Both the position numbers and the translations under genes were made by a program. The notes beneath the pieces are model-generated. The model made no database searches and was not told the origin of the DNA. It was given only the letters and a program-made list of their open reading frames with translations. Source: a virus (taxonomy: Duplodnaviria; Caudoviricetes). Taken from it: a stretch of DNA of 53,987 nucleotides. Of this stretch, positions 16,520 through 26,409 are shown one piece after another (the stretch's first letter is position 1; every line of letters begins with the position of its first letter). The stretch lies in the IMG/VR virus record IMGVR_UViG_3300035015_000011, positions 1 through 53,987 of that record. One strand, given 5' to 3'.

Positions 16520-17883
16520 GCAGGGATAACCCCGCCATAAAGGAATTCATCGAGCGTGCCCGCAATGTTGATTTCGACACGGCGATCGATCTCGTTGGAA
16601 TAAGGGTGCCCGCCGGTCTAGAGTATCAGGGGCCGTGTCCGAAGTGCCGCGACGGCAAGGACCGGTTTTCGATCAACCGTGCCAAGGGTGTCTGGAACTG
16701 CCGCCAGTGTGGTGGCGGGCGCGACGCGATATCGCTCGTCATTCATTGTCACGACCTGCCGAGCCACGGTTTTGGATTTCTCAAAGCCTGCTCGATGCTG
16801 CTGCGCGAAGCGATCCCGGAAGGGGGGGAGCGTGAGAGCGAGGAAGATCGCGCCGCAAGGCTCGCCCGGATTGCCGCGGCCGAAGCGAAGGCCTCACAGA
16901 ATCGGGAAGACAGAGAGAGAAACGACAATGCACACCGCCAGCGCGAGATCAGCCAAGCGCGGGGCCTTTGGCTGAATGCCGTTGATTGCCGGATGGCAAC
17001 GCCTGAGGCGACCGATGGCGCGCGGCTGATCTCGTCCTACGTCAAGGCGCGCACCGGCTTTGACCCGGCCGGCACGATCTTCGACCATATCCGCTATGCA
17101 CCCCGCGCCACCTACTGGCACGGCCAGGACGAGGCGGGCAGGGCCCTTGCGCTCTATTCCGGTCCGGCGCTGGTTGTGCCGATCGTCGATGTCGGTGCGC
17201 GCCAGATCACTGGCAGCCAGACGATCTGGCTCGACCTCTCGGTGAGGCCGAAGCGTCGGCCGGTGCTTTGGGGCCTGACCAAGGTGGGACGCGAGGCCGG
17301 TTTTTCCGAGCTCGAGGATGGTGGTGCGCACAAACCTCCGCGCGAGGACTGGGTCACTGCCGGATATTTCGAACGGATCTCCTCGAAGAAGATGCGCGGC
17401 CACAAGAAGGGCGGCGTGATCCCCGTTGCAGGCGATCCCGCAGCGTCTCGTTGGCTGGGCGGCGAGGGGATCGAGACGACGCTTGCAATAGCCGGACCCG
17501 AAGGGTTTCGCGACGACACCTTCTACTTCGCGGCGGGCGATATCGGCAACATGGCCGGGCCAGCCGACAAGGACAGCGACTTCAACCATCCCACACTGAC
17601 CGTCACCGACAGGCGCGACCGCGTGAAGCCCGTCCGCGTCAAGGGGCCGGTGCCCAAGCCTGACAGTGCGGGCGAGGCGATGGTGATCCCCGAGCATGTG
17701 ACCGAGGTTGTGCTGATCGCCGATGGCGACAGCGAAATCGTTGCAACTGCTTCGGCCATGGCGCGTGCCGCAGCACGGCACTCCATGGGAGGGAGCCGCA
17801 GGGTCGAGGTCGTCTGGCCGCCTGATGGCATGGATTTCGCCGATGCCATGGCGCTTGCGATGAACGGGGACGAACAGGCGTGA
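16516..17883 (+). CDS. Primase-like protein (P4 alpha-type Zn finger plus Toprim)
   Basis: CPKC..KDRF...WNCRQC; GEGIET...IADGD. Confidence 0.85.
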   Translation: MSRDNPAIKEFIERARNVDFDTAIDLVGIRVPAGLEYQGPCPKCRDGKDRFSINRAKGVWNCRQCGGGRDAISLVIHCHDLPSHGFGFLKACSMLLREAIPEGGERESEEDRAARLARIAAAEAKASQNREDRERNDNAHRQREISQARGLWLNAVDCRMATPEATDGARLISSYVKARTGFDPAGTIFDHIRYAPRATYWHGQDEAGRALALYSGPALVVPIVDVGARQITGSQTIWLDLSVRPKRRPVLWGLTKVGREAGFSELEDGGAHKPPREDWVTAGYFERISSKKMRGHKKGGVIPVAGDPAASRWLGGEGIETTLAIAGPEGFRDDTFYFAAGDIGNMAGPADKDSDFNHPTLTVTDRRDRVKPVRVKGPVPKPDSAGEAMVIPEHVTEVVLIADGDSEIVATASAMARAAARHSMGGSRRVEVVWPPDGMDFADAMALAMNGDEQA

Positions 17884-19703
17884 CAGACAAGAAGAATTCG
17901 ATACCGGATCTCGTTGCCGACATGATGGCCCAGGCGGTTGCCCATCGTGGCATCTATGCGGCAAACCCGGACCCTGTGACTGTATCCGAGCCGGAAGCGG
18001 AAGAACCGGCCCTTGAGTTGAGCGCCGAAGAGCTGACCGATGAATGCTCTGTCGAGCCCGAGACCGACATCGGCAATGCGCGTCGGTTTCTGGCTCGCTA
18101 TGGCGACCAGGTGCGCCATGTGACGCATGTCGGTTTCCACGGCTATATCGGCGGGCGCTGGCTAGAAGACGCGTCTGGTGCTGTCGTGCGGCAGCTGGCC
18201 CACAAGGCGGCCGAATGGATCGACGAAGAGGCGATCAAGCTCGATTGCTCTGACGAGGAACGGGCGGCGATCGAGGCCGGACGCATCGCGGCGGACGAGC
18301 AGAAGGCGCTGGGCAAGAAGGACAAGGACTGGGGTGCCGAAAAGCTCGTCGAGTTCGAAAAGCTCCAGACCGCGATCGACCGCATGGCCAAGGTGGAGAA
18401 GGACCGGTCCGGTCGTATGTCGTCGCGCCATGCCTGGGCGAAGCGCAGCGCCTCGACCAGCGCCATCAACAATATGCTGACCGAGGTCGCCCCCTATGTG
18501 TCCTGCGAGGTCAATGACCTCAACCGGGATCTCTATGCCTTCAACTGCCAGTCCGGCACACTGCGCTTCTTCGAGCAGGAGACCGACGGCAATCGCACAT
18601 GGCGGGTCAGGCTTGACCCACATCGCCCGCGTGACCTGATCTCGAAGCTTGCACCGGTCAAGTTCAATTCCTCTGCCTCGGCGCCGATGTTCATGCGCTT
18701 CCTGCAGAAGGTGATGCCGAATGTCGACCTGCGCGCCTTCCTGCAGCGCTATGCCGGCTATGCGCTTCTCGGCCTGACCGTCGAGCAGTGCCTCGTCTTC
18801 TTCTATGGCGCCGGGCGAAACGGCAAATCGACGTTTGTCGACGTGCTGATCGAGATCCTCGGTGACTATGCCATTGCCATGTCGATCGACAGCTTTGCAG
18901 GCGAGAGCCGTCGCGGTGGGGCCGAGGCGACGCCTGACCTTGCGCGTCTGCCCGGTGCGCGCCTTGTGGCGGCCTCAGAGCCGGAAATGGGCACCCATCT
19001 GAAGGACGCCCTGATCAAGACCCTCACGGGCGGTGAGCCGGTTGCCGTGCGTCGCCTGCATCAGGATTTCTTCGAGCTGATCCCGCAGTTCAAGATCATT
19101 CTTTCGGGCAACCACAAGCCGATCATCCGTGACGATTCGGACGGGATCTGGCGCCGCGTGCACCTGGTGCCGTGGGAGATCCAGATTGCCGAGGATGAGG
19201 TTGATCGCGACCTAAAACGAAAACTGCTCACCGAGCGCGAGGGCATCCTCGCCTGGATGGTCAAGGGCGCGCTCGACTACCTCGATGGGGGCTTGAGGGT
19301 CCCGGAGGGCGTGCGGGCTGCCACGCAGGAGTATCGCGAGGAAAGCGACCCGATCGGCGCCTTCATCCGCAATGGCTGCATTGTGACGGGCAAGGACGAG
19401 GACAGGTCGAGCCCCGAGGATCTCTTCATCGGCTACAGCAATTTCGCCAAGCGCGAGGGGCTGTCCGAGTTCAAGCAGCCGACCTTCTCCAAACGCCTGC
19501 CCGATCAGACCCGCAAGAGCTGGAGGGGGCCGGACAATCTCATGCACCAGTTCCGCAAGGGCAAGAGCGGAACGACGATCTATTACGGCATCACGGTGAA
19601 GCCGGCCTATCTGCGAATTCAGGGCATCGGGCAGGGCGAGGGTGACCCGCCGCCGCCTGACTGGCCGCCTTACGCCACGGACGACGGAGGCTTCCCCGTA
19701 TGA
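17880..19703 (+). CDS. P4-family / D5-like SF3 helicase
   Basis: TDIGNARRF (D5_N), GAGRNGKST Walker A, LARLPGARLV..SE, IKTLTGGE, GIWRR. Confidence 0.92.
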   Translation: MTDKKNSIPDLVADMMAQAVAHRGIYAANPDPVTVSEPEAEEPALELSAEELTDECSVEPETDIGNARRFLARYGDQVRHVTHVGFHGYIGGRWLEDASGAVVRQLAHKAAEWIDEEAIKLDCSDEERAAIEAGRIAADEQKALGKKDKDWGAEKLVEFEKLQTAIDRMAKVEKDRSGRMSSRHAWAKRSASTSAINNMLTEVAPYVSCEVNDLNRDLYAFNCQSGTLRFFEQETDGNRTWRVRLDPHRPRDLISKLAPVKFNSSASAPMFMRFLQKVMPNVDLRAFLQRYAGYALLGLTVEQCLVFFYGAGRNGKSTFVDVLIEILGDYAIAMSIDSFAGESRRGGAEATPDLARLPGARLVAASEPEMGTHLKDALIKTLTGGEPVAVRRLHQDFFELIPQFKIILSGNHKPIIRDDSDGIWRRVHLVPWEIQIAEDEVDRDLKRKLLTEREGILAWMVKGALDYLDGGLRVPEGVRAATQEYREESDPIGAFIRNGCIVTGKDEDRSSPEDLFIGYSNFAKREGLSEFKQPTFSKRLPDQTRKSWRGPDNLMHQFRKGKSGTTIYYGITVKPAYLRIQGIGQGEGDPPPPDWPPYATDDGGFPV

Positions 19704-19807
19704 TGTCCTCGCGCTTTCCCGGACCCTTTGGGCAGGTGGGTCGCCTTGTCCTGAGCGCATCGCCCTGCCGTCCCCACGCCTCCCTTCGGAGGGTTTGGGG
19801 CGCAAAA

Positions 19808-20140
19808 AGGGACGCTAGGGACGGTGGCGGTGGGGCAATCCGGTTATCGACCCAATCGAAAGGTTTGGAGTTTCAACAGCTTGCGACGCTAGGGACGCTA
19901 GGGACGCAAATCTTCGGGTTCGCACTACGCGTGCATATCTCCGAGGGGTTTGGGTGCTCCATCACAACGGAGGAATGAACAGCAAAAGGGTCGCGCGTAT
20001 GTGTGTAGGTCGAATTTACCTTCCCTACCGTCCCTAGCGTCCCTTCCGTTTCTGATTGTCCAATGAATTCAACGAAAGGGTGTTTCTGGTTCGGGTCGAT
20101 AAATCTTGTTTTGGGACGGAAAGTCGAAATTTTGGGACGC
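19808..20140. repeat. Iteron-like repeats (unit AGGGACG(C/G)T), putative replication origin
   Basis: Tandem copies at 19808-19825 and 19885-19907, an inverted cluster at 20023-20044 and single TGGGACG copies near 20112 and 20133, in AT-richer DNA after the helicase. Confidence 0.7.
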
Positions 20141-20148
20141 AAAGGGTG

Positions 20149-20949
20149 ATGAGCATGAAAACGACGACGATTGAGGCGCTTCTGGCCTGGGCCTTCTGCC
20201 AGGAGCTTTGCAAGGTGGGTTCTGGCGGCGATGGCCTGACGGCAGTTTCCATATCCAGCTGGAGCCTGACGCGGGACATGGCCGTCCTTGGCACGCTCAT
20301 CGATCGCAGCCCGAACATCTTCGGCGTGATCCCCGGCTTTATCGAGGATGGCGAGCCGCATCCGGACGCGCTGGCCGTCGGTCGCGCCGTCAAAGCGCTG
20401 GATGCTATCGGCTTCGAGATCCCTGATGGATGGATGCCGTTTCCGGAGCTGGACGATGCGCATGGGCTGATCGCCGCCGAAGTGGCCCGCGTGGTGGCCG
20501 AAGTGCGGCTGAAGGGTGACAGGCTCGGCGGTCGCCACCTGGTGACGCTCGTGACCGGCGCTGCCATTCTGGGCCGTGGGCCGGACTGGCGCTGCGATCA
20601 GCCGAAGGTGCGCATGGTCGAGATGCGCGGTGAGCCGCAATGGTTCGTGAAGCGCACGGCGACAGATGCTCTCGGCCGCGCCTATCAGTACGAGGCCAAT
20701 GGCTATGACCCGGTCAAGCATCGCCCGCGCAAGGGTGCTTATCGCAAGTATGAGCTTTCGCAGATGATGCGCGGCGACATCCTTTCCCGGCTGGACTGGC
20801 AGCTGTGGCAGGATGCCCTCGCTTTTCTCGCAGAACGGCTCTCTGGCGAGGTCTCTGGTCACCGAATCATGCCCTTCGTCCCTGATCGTCAGCCCTGGGC
20901 ACGTATAAAAATTTATGTGCCGCCCTCGCAAGCTGTTGAAAACGTTTGA
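20149..20949 (+). CDS. Hypothetical protein, candidate late-transcription regulator
   Basis: Clear ORF in the lambda Q position, between replication and late genes; function inferred from position only. Confidence 0.65.
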   Translation: MSMKTTTIEALLAWAFCQELCKVGSGGDGLTAVSISSWSLTRDMAVLGTLIDRSPNIFGVIPGFIEDGEPHPDALAVGRAVKALDAIGFEIPDGWMPFPELDDAHGLIAAEVARVVAEVRLKGDRLGGRHLVTLVTGAAILGRGPDWRCDQPKVRMVEMRGEPQWFVKRTATDALGRAYQYEANGYDPVKHRPRKGAYRKYELSQMMRGDILSRLDWQLWQDALAFLAERLSGEVSGHRIMPFVPDRQPWARIKIYVPPSQAVENV

Positions 20950-21023
20950 TTGATGGTGTTGTTTTGACCTCTTCACATGCGGCGGTCGCTTGACTATCTT
21001 CAGGACAGTGAAAAAGGTTCGAA

Positions 21024-21053
21024 AAACCCGCTCGGCGAAAGCCAGGCGGGTTT
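21024..21053 (+). terminator. Hairpin / probable terminator upstream of the late operon
   Basis: AAACCCGC-TCGGC-GAAA-GCC-A-GGCGGGTTT stem-loop. Confidence 0.55.
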
Positions 21054-21135
21054 GCCATTTCTGGCGATCATGCAGAGCCGATGGAGGCTGCTATGAACCC
21101 CGCCGCTGTAATGGCGGCATCCTGATGAGGGCGCG

Positions 21136-21699
21136 GTGACGGCCGATATTGTTTTTGACGCGGAAGACGTAAGGGTGCTTTCCAGCGCGATTGCTGGTTT
21201 ACCCGACCATATCCACGCTCGGGCTTTCAGCCGTGCCATGCGCCGCATCAATGAGATGGTTCGCACTCAGATAGTTGATAGAAGCGCCGAGCGCATCAAG
21301 GTGCAGAAGCGCGTCGTCAGGTCGCGGACCACAGCAACCTTCAACGCTGGCAGCAATACGATCGATGCTGTGGTCTATGCGGGTTGGATACCGCTGTATC
21401 AGCTTGGCGCACGTCAGACGGCGCGAGGTGTCTATGTTCGGACGCGCGGATCGTATCGATCGGCATTTATCGCGACCATGAAGAGCGGGCACACAGGCGT
21501 CTTCAAGAGAGCGCCTGGCACGATTATGCGGGGCAAGAACAAGCAGGCGATCAGAGAGTTGCATGGGCCTAACCCGGCAAACGACATCACGAACAATCCT
21601 GAAGTGTTTCTTCAGGTGCTCGCAAAGGTCATTGAAGATCATCTGGCTCCGCGCGTGCTCCACGAAATTGATCGACATCTCCGTCGGATGGACCGATAG
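21136..21699 (+). CDS. Lambda gpZ-like tail completion protein
   Basis: Basic protein with ARQTARGV...SAFIATMKSGHTGVFKR...IRELHGP pattern. Confidence 0.7.
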   Translation: MTADIVFDAEDVRVLSSAIAGLPDHIHARAFSRAMRRINEMVRTQIVDRSAERIKVQKRVVRSRTTATFNAGSNTIDAVVYAGWIPLYQLGARQTARGVYVRTRGSYRSAFIATMKSGHTGVFKRAPGTIMRGKNKQAIRELHGPNPANDITNNPEVFLQVLAKVIEDHLAPRVLHEIDRHLRRMDR

Positions 21700-21835
21700 C
21701 CCCCCCTCTGGGTAAGGGACCGTATAAATCCGGGTTCACCTGCGGGCTCCGGGGGCACCCGACGTTCGGTAGTCTGAGGCTCAATTCGAAGCCTAAACTT
21801 CTAAAGAACGGCTAAAGACCTAAAGTGGATTGGTA
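21700..21835 (+). promoter_or_regulatory. Putative cos/packaging region
   Basis: Non-coding stretch just upstream of the small terminase with four CTAAA(G/C) repeats at about 21793-21825; function inferred from the lambda layout. Confidence 0.45.
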
Positions 21836-21843
21836 AAGTCGCA

Positions 21844-22539
21844 ATGCAAGCCTCTGTCAGCAAGGGCGAATTTGCAGCGCTGATCGGCGTTTCACCTGGT
21901 CGGGTCAGCCAGTATCTGGCGGAAGGGAAAATTACGGCGGCGGCGCTCGAGGGTGTCGGGCGCAATGCGCGGATCATCGTCGAGCAGGCGAAGTCGGATC
22001 TCCGGCTGACGCTCGATGTCGGGCAGAGGCTTGGCAACGGGATCGATACGCGGCTTGATCCTTCCGCGCCGATCACGGCACCAGCCCAGGGGACGGCGAT
22101 CGGCGAGCGTCCGTCTGGGTTTGTTGATGCTGGTGGTACCATCCCCAGTGCCGCTGCTGGTACGCTCACGTCGTCGGGCATCGACTACCAGATCAAGCAG
22201 GAAAAGCTTGAACAGGCGCGTCGCGCAAACCGGAATGCTGCCATCAACGATGCGCGCGACCGGGGCCAGCTGATCGAGACGGAAGCGTCGCGGGCCGAGA
22301 TGACCCGCGTGGCGGCCGCCCTGATGGACGTCTTTGACGGTGGTTTGAATGACATGGCATCGGCCGTCGCCGCGGCCTTCCAGTTGCCGCAGCGTGACGT
22401 GAAGCACCTGATGCGGCGCGAGTTCCGTAAGCTGCGCGAGAAGGCGGCCGAGCAGATGCGGAAGAAGGCAATCGAGCTGCCGGCCTATGCGTCGGCTGTC
22501 GTCGAGGCCGAGGATCTCGAGGCCACGGATCTCGCATGA
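21844..22539 (+). CDS. Terminase small subunit
   Basis: N-terminal HTH SKGEFAALIGVSPGRVSQY plus helical C-terminus; directly upstream of the large subunit. Confidence 0.85.
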   Translation: MQASVSKGEFAALIGVSPGRVSQYLAEGKITAAALEGVGRNARIIVEQAKSDLRLTLDVGQRLGNGIDTRLDPSAPITAPAQGTAIGERPSGFVDAGGTIPSAAAGTLTSSGIDYQIKQEKLEQARRANRNAAINDARDRGQLIETEASRAEMTRVAAALMDVFDGGLNDMASAVAAAFQLPQRDVKHLMRREFRKLREKAAEQMRKKAIELPAYASAVVEAEDLEATDLA

Positions 22540-24506
22540 ACCAGATCGTCGTTGAGACGGCCAATGCCGAGCGCATCGCCTACGAGATTCTGCACGATGT
22601 CCTGAAGCCCGCGGCCAATGTCGACTATCTCGCATGGGCCGAAAACAACATCGTGTTCTCCGAACTGGAAAGCCCCGATTATCCGGGACCGTACAATCGG
22701 AGCCTGTTTCGCTACTTCGACGAGGTGCTGCGGGCGCTTTCGCCTGACGATCTCTGCCGCATCGTAACGCTGGCCAAGTCGGCGCAGATCGGCGGCACGG
22801 TCATCGCCAACATCTATACCGGCGGATCGATGGACATGGACCCTTCGTGGTTCCTGTATGTCCACCCGACGGAAAACAATGCCGAGCGCTGGAGCAAGAT
22901 GAAGCTTGCGCCGATGCTGCGCAACACGACATCGCTGACCGCTCTCTTTCCGAAGAAGAGCCGGGATGGTCTCGACAGCCTGCTGTACAAGGAGCGGGCC
23001 GACGGGCGCGGTGCCATCCAGATCTCGGGCGCCAATTCGGCGGCGTCTCTGAGCCAGGTGACGATGAAGCGGCAGGTCCAGGATGACCTGTCGAAATGGG
23101 AGAACAATTCGGGCGGTGACCCGGAAACGCAGGCCGACAGTCGTTCGCGCGGCGTGGAAGAGGCGAAGATCTTCAAGATCTCGACGCCGCTCGTTATGCC
23201 AGGCTGCCGGATTACGGCGAATTTCGAGGCGGGAAGCCAGGAATACCCTTATGTGCCGTGCCCGCATTGCGAGCACCGCCAAGTACTCGAATGGGAAAAC
23301 ATGCTGGCGAACCTCGACGAGGCAAAGCCAGAGGATGCCCATTTCACCTGCATTGAATGCGGGACCGAGATCCGGGAATATCATCGCCAAGCGATGGTCG
23401 ACCAGATCGAGTGGCGGGCGCGTAACCCGGTCCAGAAGCGGTTCCATCGATCGTTCTATATCTGGTCTGCCTACAGCCCGTTGCAGAGCTGGGAGCGTAT
23501 TGCTCGCGAGTGGCTCAGCGCCAAGGGAGATCCTGCCTCCGAGCAGACCTTCCTGAACGACACGGTGGGCAAGGCCTATGTGACGCTGGGCGAGGCGCCG
23601 CCCTGGGAGACGCTGCGCGATCGCGGGGCCAATTCGGACTATCCGCGCGGTCGGATACCCGCCGGCGGGATCATCCTGACGATGGGGATCGACTGCCAGG
23701 ACGATCGCGTCGAGTGGCAGCTCGTCGCCTTTGGCCGGAACTTTCGGCGCTTTGTCGTCGACTATGGGGTGATCCCCGGTCACATCTCGGACCAGACCTG
23801 CCGCGACCGGCTCGACGCGCTGCTCGGACAGACCTGGCCGAACAGCTACGGGCGGCGGATCGGTCTCGATAAGGTCGGCATCGACGGCAACGCCTATACC
23901 GAGGATGTCTGGGACTGGGCCAAGCGGCATCCGGCGAGCAAACTCGTCATGGTGCGCGGTGGCAACAGTGACAATGCACCGCTGACCCAGCGGGTGAAGA
24001 AGGAACGCAACGTCAAGACCGGCAAGCTGCTGCGATATTCGAAGCGGTTCTACACCTTCAACGCCTCGGTACTGAAAATGGCACTCTATCGCAACGTCGC
24101 CAAACTCGATCCCCTCGAGCGCGGCTATGTGGCGTTTCCGACCGGGCTCGATGACGAATACTTCAGGCAGCTCACCTCCGAGCGCCGGGTGCCGAAGAAG
24201 CGCAAGGACGGCTTCACGGAATACAAATGGGAAAAGGAACCCAACCAGGCCAACGAAGGCCTGGATACGATGAACCAGGCGGAAGTCGCAGCCTTGCTGT
24301 TCGGGCTTCGTGGTCTTCCGGACAAGATCTGGGACCGCATGGAAGCCGAGCGGGAATCGGCGCCGACTGATGCGCAGCTCGATTTCGAGGACGGGCTTTT
24401 TGCCGTGGCCTTTCGGCCCGAGCAGCTTGCGAAACCGCCACAGACGACTGAACAGAAAACGGCACTCAAAGCGCCCAAAGAAAACAGGTGGAAGAAGCGG
24501 AAATGA
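22536..24506 (+). CDS. Terminase large subunit, lambda gpA family
   Basis: KSAQIGGT Walker A, KISTP, CPHC...CIEC, GIDCQDDR nuclease start, NEGLD. Confidence 0.95.
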   Translation: MNQIVVETANAERIAYEILHDVLKPAANVDYLAWAENNIVFSELESPDYPGPYNRSLFRYFDEVLRALSPDDLCRIVTLAKSAQIGGTVIANIYTGGSMDMDPSWFLYVHPTENNAERWSKMKLAPMLRNTTSLTALFPKKSRDGLDSLLYKERADGRGAIQISGANSAASLSQVTMKRQVQDDLSKWENNSGGDPETQADSRSRGVEEAKIFKISTPLVMPGCRITANFEAGSQEYPYVPCPHCEHRQVLEWENMLANLDEAKPEDAHFTCIECGTEIREYHRQAMVDQIEWRARNPVQKRFHRSFYIWSAYSPLQSWERIAREWLSAKGDPASEQTFLNDTVGKAYVTLGEAPPWETLRDRGANSDYPRGRIPAGGIILTMGIDCQDDRVEWQLVAFGRNFRRFVVDYGVIPGHISDQTCRDRLDALLGQTWPNSYGRRIGLDKVGIDGNAYTEDVWDWAKRHPASKLVMVRGGNSDNAPLTQRVKKERNVKTGKLLRYSKRFYTFNASVLKMALYRNVAKLDPLERGYVAFPTGLDDEYFRQLTSERRVPKKRKDGFTEYKWEKEPNQANEGLDTMNQAEVAALLFGLRGLPDKIWDRMEAERESAPTDAQLDFEDGLFAVAFRPEQLAKPPQTTEQKTALKAPKENRWKKRK

Positions 24507-26134
24507 CCGAGAAGGTACGGATGAGGGTGCAGGCCGGCAGTCGACCGGCGCCCGAGGTCCGTCCCGTGGGCCAGCCGTCGACGCCGCGGCCACGCTCGGC
24601 TTACATGCGCGATACCCAGTCCGGTGTGATCGCTGCCCGGCCGGCCTCTCTTCGCGAGCATCGCGACGAGGTACGCCGGATCTGGACACGGGCTGCCGGG
24701 CTTACCATGGACCTGCTGCAGAACTCCGGCCGGCTGCGTGGTGCTGCCGACCAGATCCTGGCCGATACGGTGGGTGTCGAGCTGCAGCTCAATCCGAAGC
24801 CGCAGATCGCGGATCTCGGCTATTCGCCAGAAGAGATCACGGCGCTGTCGCGCCTGATGAAACAGGTCTGGAAGGTTCATTCCTGGAACCCGCTGGAATA
24901 CGATTTCCGTGCCAAGGCGAACAATGCGCAGCATGTAGACATCGGGCTGCGCAACTGGATGGCCTATGGCGAAAGTACAGGGATCAGCATCTATGTGCCT
25001 CGCGCCCAGAGGCTGCCTGGCACGAAGACCGGCTGGAAGTTCCTGCTGTCCTCGCCCTACAAGCTCACGCAAGACACGAGCGACGTCGAAGGTCTGTATC
25101 AGGGCGTCATTCATGACGCCTTCGGACGGCCTGTTGCCTACCGCTTCGAAGAGAAACGTGACGGCCTGACCCAGAAGGTGACCTATGCTGCGCGCGATGC
25201 CGATGGCCGGCAGCTTGTCATGCATGCATTCGACCCGTTTTCGGCTGAAGATGTGCGCGGCATCTCGCCGATGGTGCCGACCTTCCGCAAGTATCTGATG
25301 GCGGAGAATGTCGACGACGCCAATGCGCAGGTGCGATTCCTGCAGACCATCTACGCGGCCGTGCTGAAGAGCGACAAACCGAGTGCCGAGGCATTCGAAG
25401 CCTTCGAAGCGATGGCTCAGGCTAACGTAGATGGGGCGAGCGAGCTGACCGGCGACTTCGTCAACTACTTCAAGGCCCAGCTCGACAAGGCCGCCGAAAG
25501 CGAAATTCGTCTCGGCGCGGGGGCCGGCGTTTCTCATCTGGCGCCAGGCGAGGACCTGGAATTCAAGAACGTCACTGCGCCGGGCCCGGAGAACTCCGAG
25601 TTCATGGCCTCGCTACATCGCGAGACGGCTCGCGCGCTCGGCATGAGCTATGGCGGTTACACGCTCGACTACACCAAGGCGACCTATGCTAGCACCAACA
25701 TGGAGAATTCGGCCATCTGGCCGGTGACCCGTCGTCGCACCGATCGCATCGCTTCGCCGCATGTGCTGGTGCCCTATGCGAACGTGATGGACGAAGCGAT
25801 CGAGGAAGGCCGAATCCAGATCAAGGGCGGGCTCGACGTCTATCGCGCCCATCGCGAGCAGTTTCTTTGGGCGACCTGCAACGGTCCCGCCAAGCCGACG
25901 GCCGACGACGAGAAGCGGGCGCGCGCTGCCAGCGAGCGGATCGCCAACGGGACCGGCGACATCGAGGTAGAATGCGCAGAGCTCGGTCTCGATCCGGAAG
26001 AGGTCTTCGAAAGCCGCCAACGGTGGCACGAAAAATACAAGGATGCCGAGATGCCGTCGCCATTCGAGCGAGGGCAGGCATCCAAGTCGGCAACCGCAGC
26101 GGACGAAAACCAGAATCAGCGAGGCGCCGCGTGA
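24503..26134 (+). CDS. Portal protein, lambda family
   Basis: Follows the terminase; VRGISP, LAPGE, DYTKATYAS motifs. Confidence 0.92.
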   Translation: MTEKVRMRVQAGSRPAPEVRPVGQPSTPRPRSAYMRDTQSGVIAARPASLREHRDEVRRIWTRAAGLTMDLLQNSGRLRGAADQILADTVGVELQLNPKPQIADLGYSPEEITALSRLMKQVWKVHSWNPLEYDFRAKANNAQHVDIGLRNWMAYGESTGISIYVPRAQRLPGTKTGWKFLLSSPYKLTQDTSDVEGLYQGVIHDAFGRPVAYRFEEKRDGLTQKVTYAARDADGRQLVMHAFDPFSAEDVRGISPMVPTFRKYLMAENVDDANAQVRFLQTIYAAVLKSDKPSAEAFEAFEAMAQANVDGASELTGDFVNYFKAQLDKAAESEIRLGAGAGVSHLAPGEDLEFKNVTAPGPENSEFMASLHRETARALGMSYGGYTLDYTKATYASTNMENSAIWPVTRRRTDRIASPHVLVPYANVMDEAIEEGRIQIKGGLDVYRAHREQFLWATCNGPAKPTADDEKRARAASERIANGTGDIEVECAELGLDPEEVFESRQRWHEKYKDAEMPSPFERGQASKSATAADENQNQRGAA

Positions 26135-26400
26135 GCAACACGGTCAAGATTGGCGGCGTGCTCGTCGATATCGATGATCCCTGCGCTCTTTATGCGGCGC
26201 TTGCCGCGGCCAAGGCCAAACGCCTCGCGGGTGGCCAGGTCGAGGAAAGCGAGATCCGTTCTCCGGTCATGCACCAGCGCCTGAAGGTCGCTTCGTCCAC
26301 CATCGCCGAGATCGATAAGGAACTGGTGCGGCTTCAGGCCGCCTGCCAGGCCAAGACGACCGGATGCCGTCCGGGGCGGCGCTGGCCGCTGAGATACTGA
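26131..26400 (+). CDS. gpW-like head completion protein
   Basis: GTG coupled to the portal stop; DPCA...L..A...L.GGQV pattern; 89 aa. Confidence 0.65.
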   Translation: MSNTVKIGGVLVDIDDPCALYAALAAAKAKRLAGGQVEESEIRSPVMHQRLKVASSTIAEIDKELVRLQAACQAKTTGCRPGRRWPLRY

Positions 26401-26409
26401 GGACTTGCA

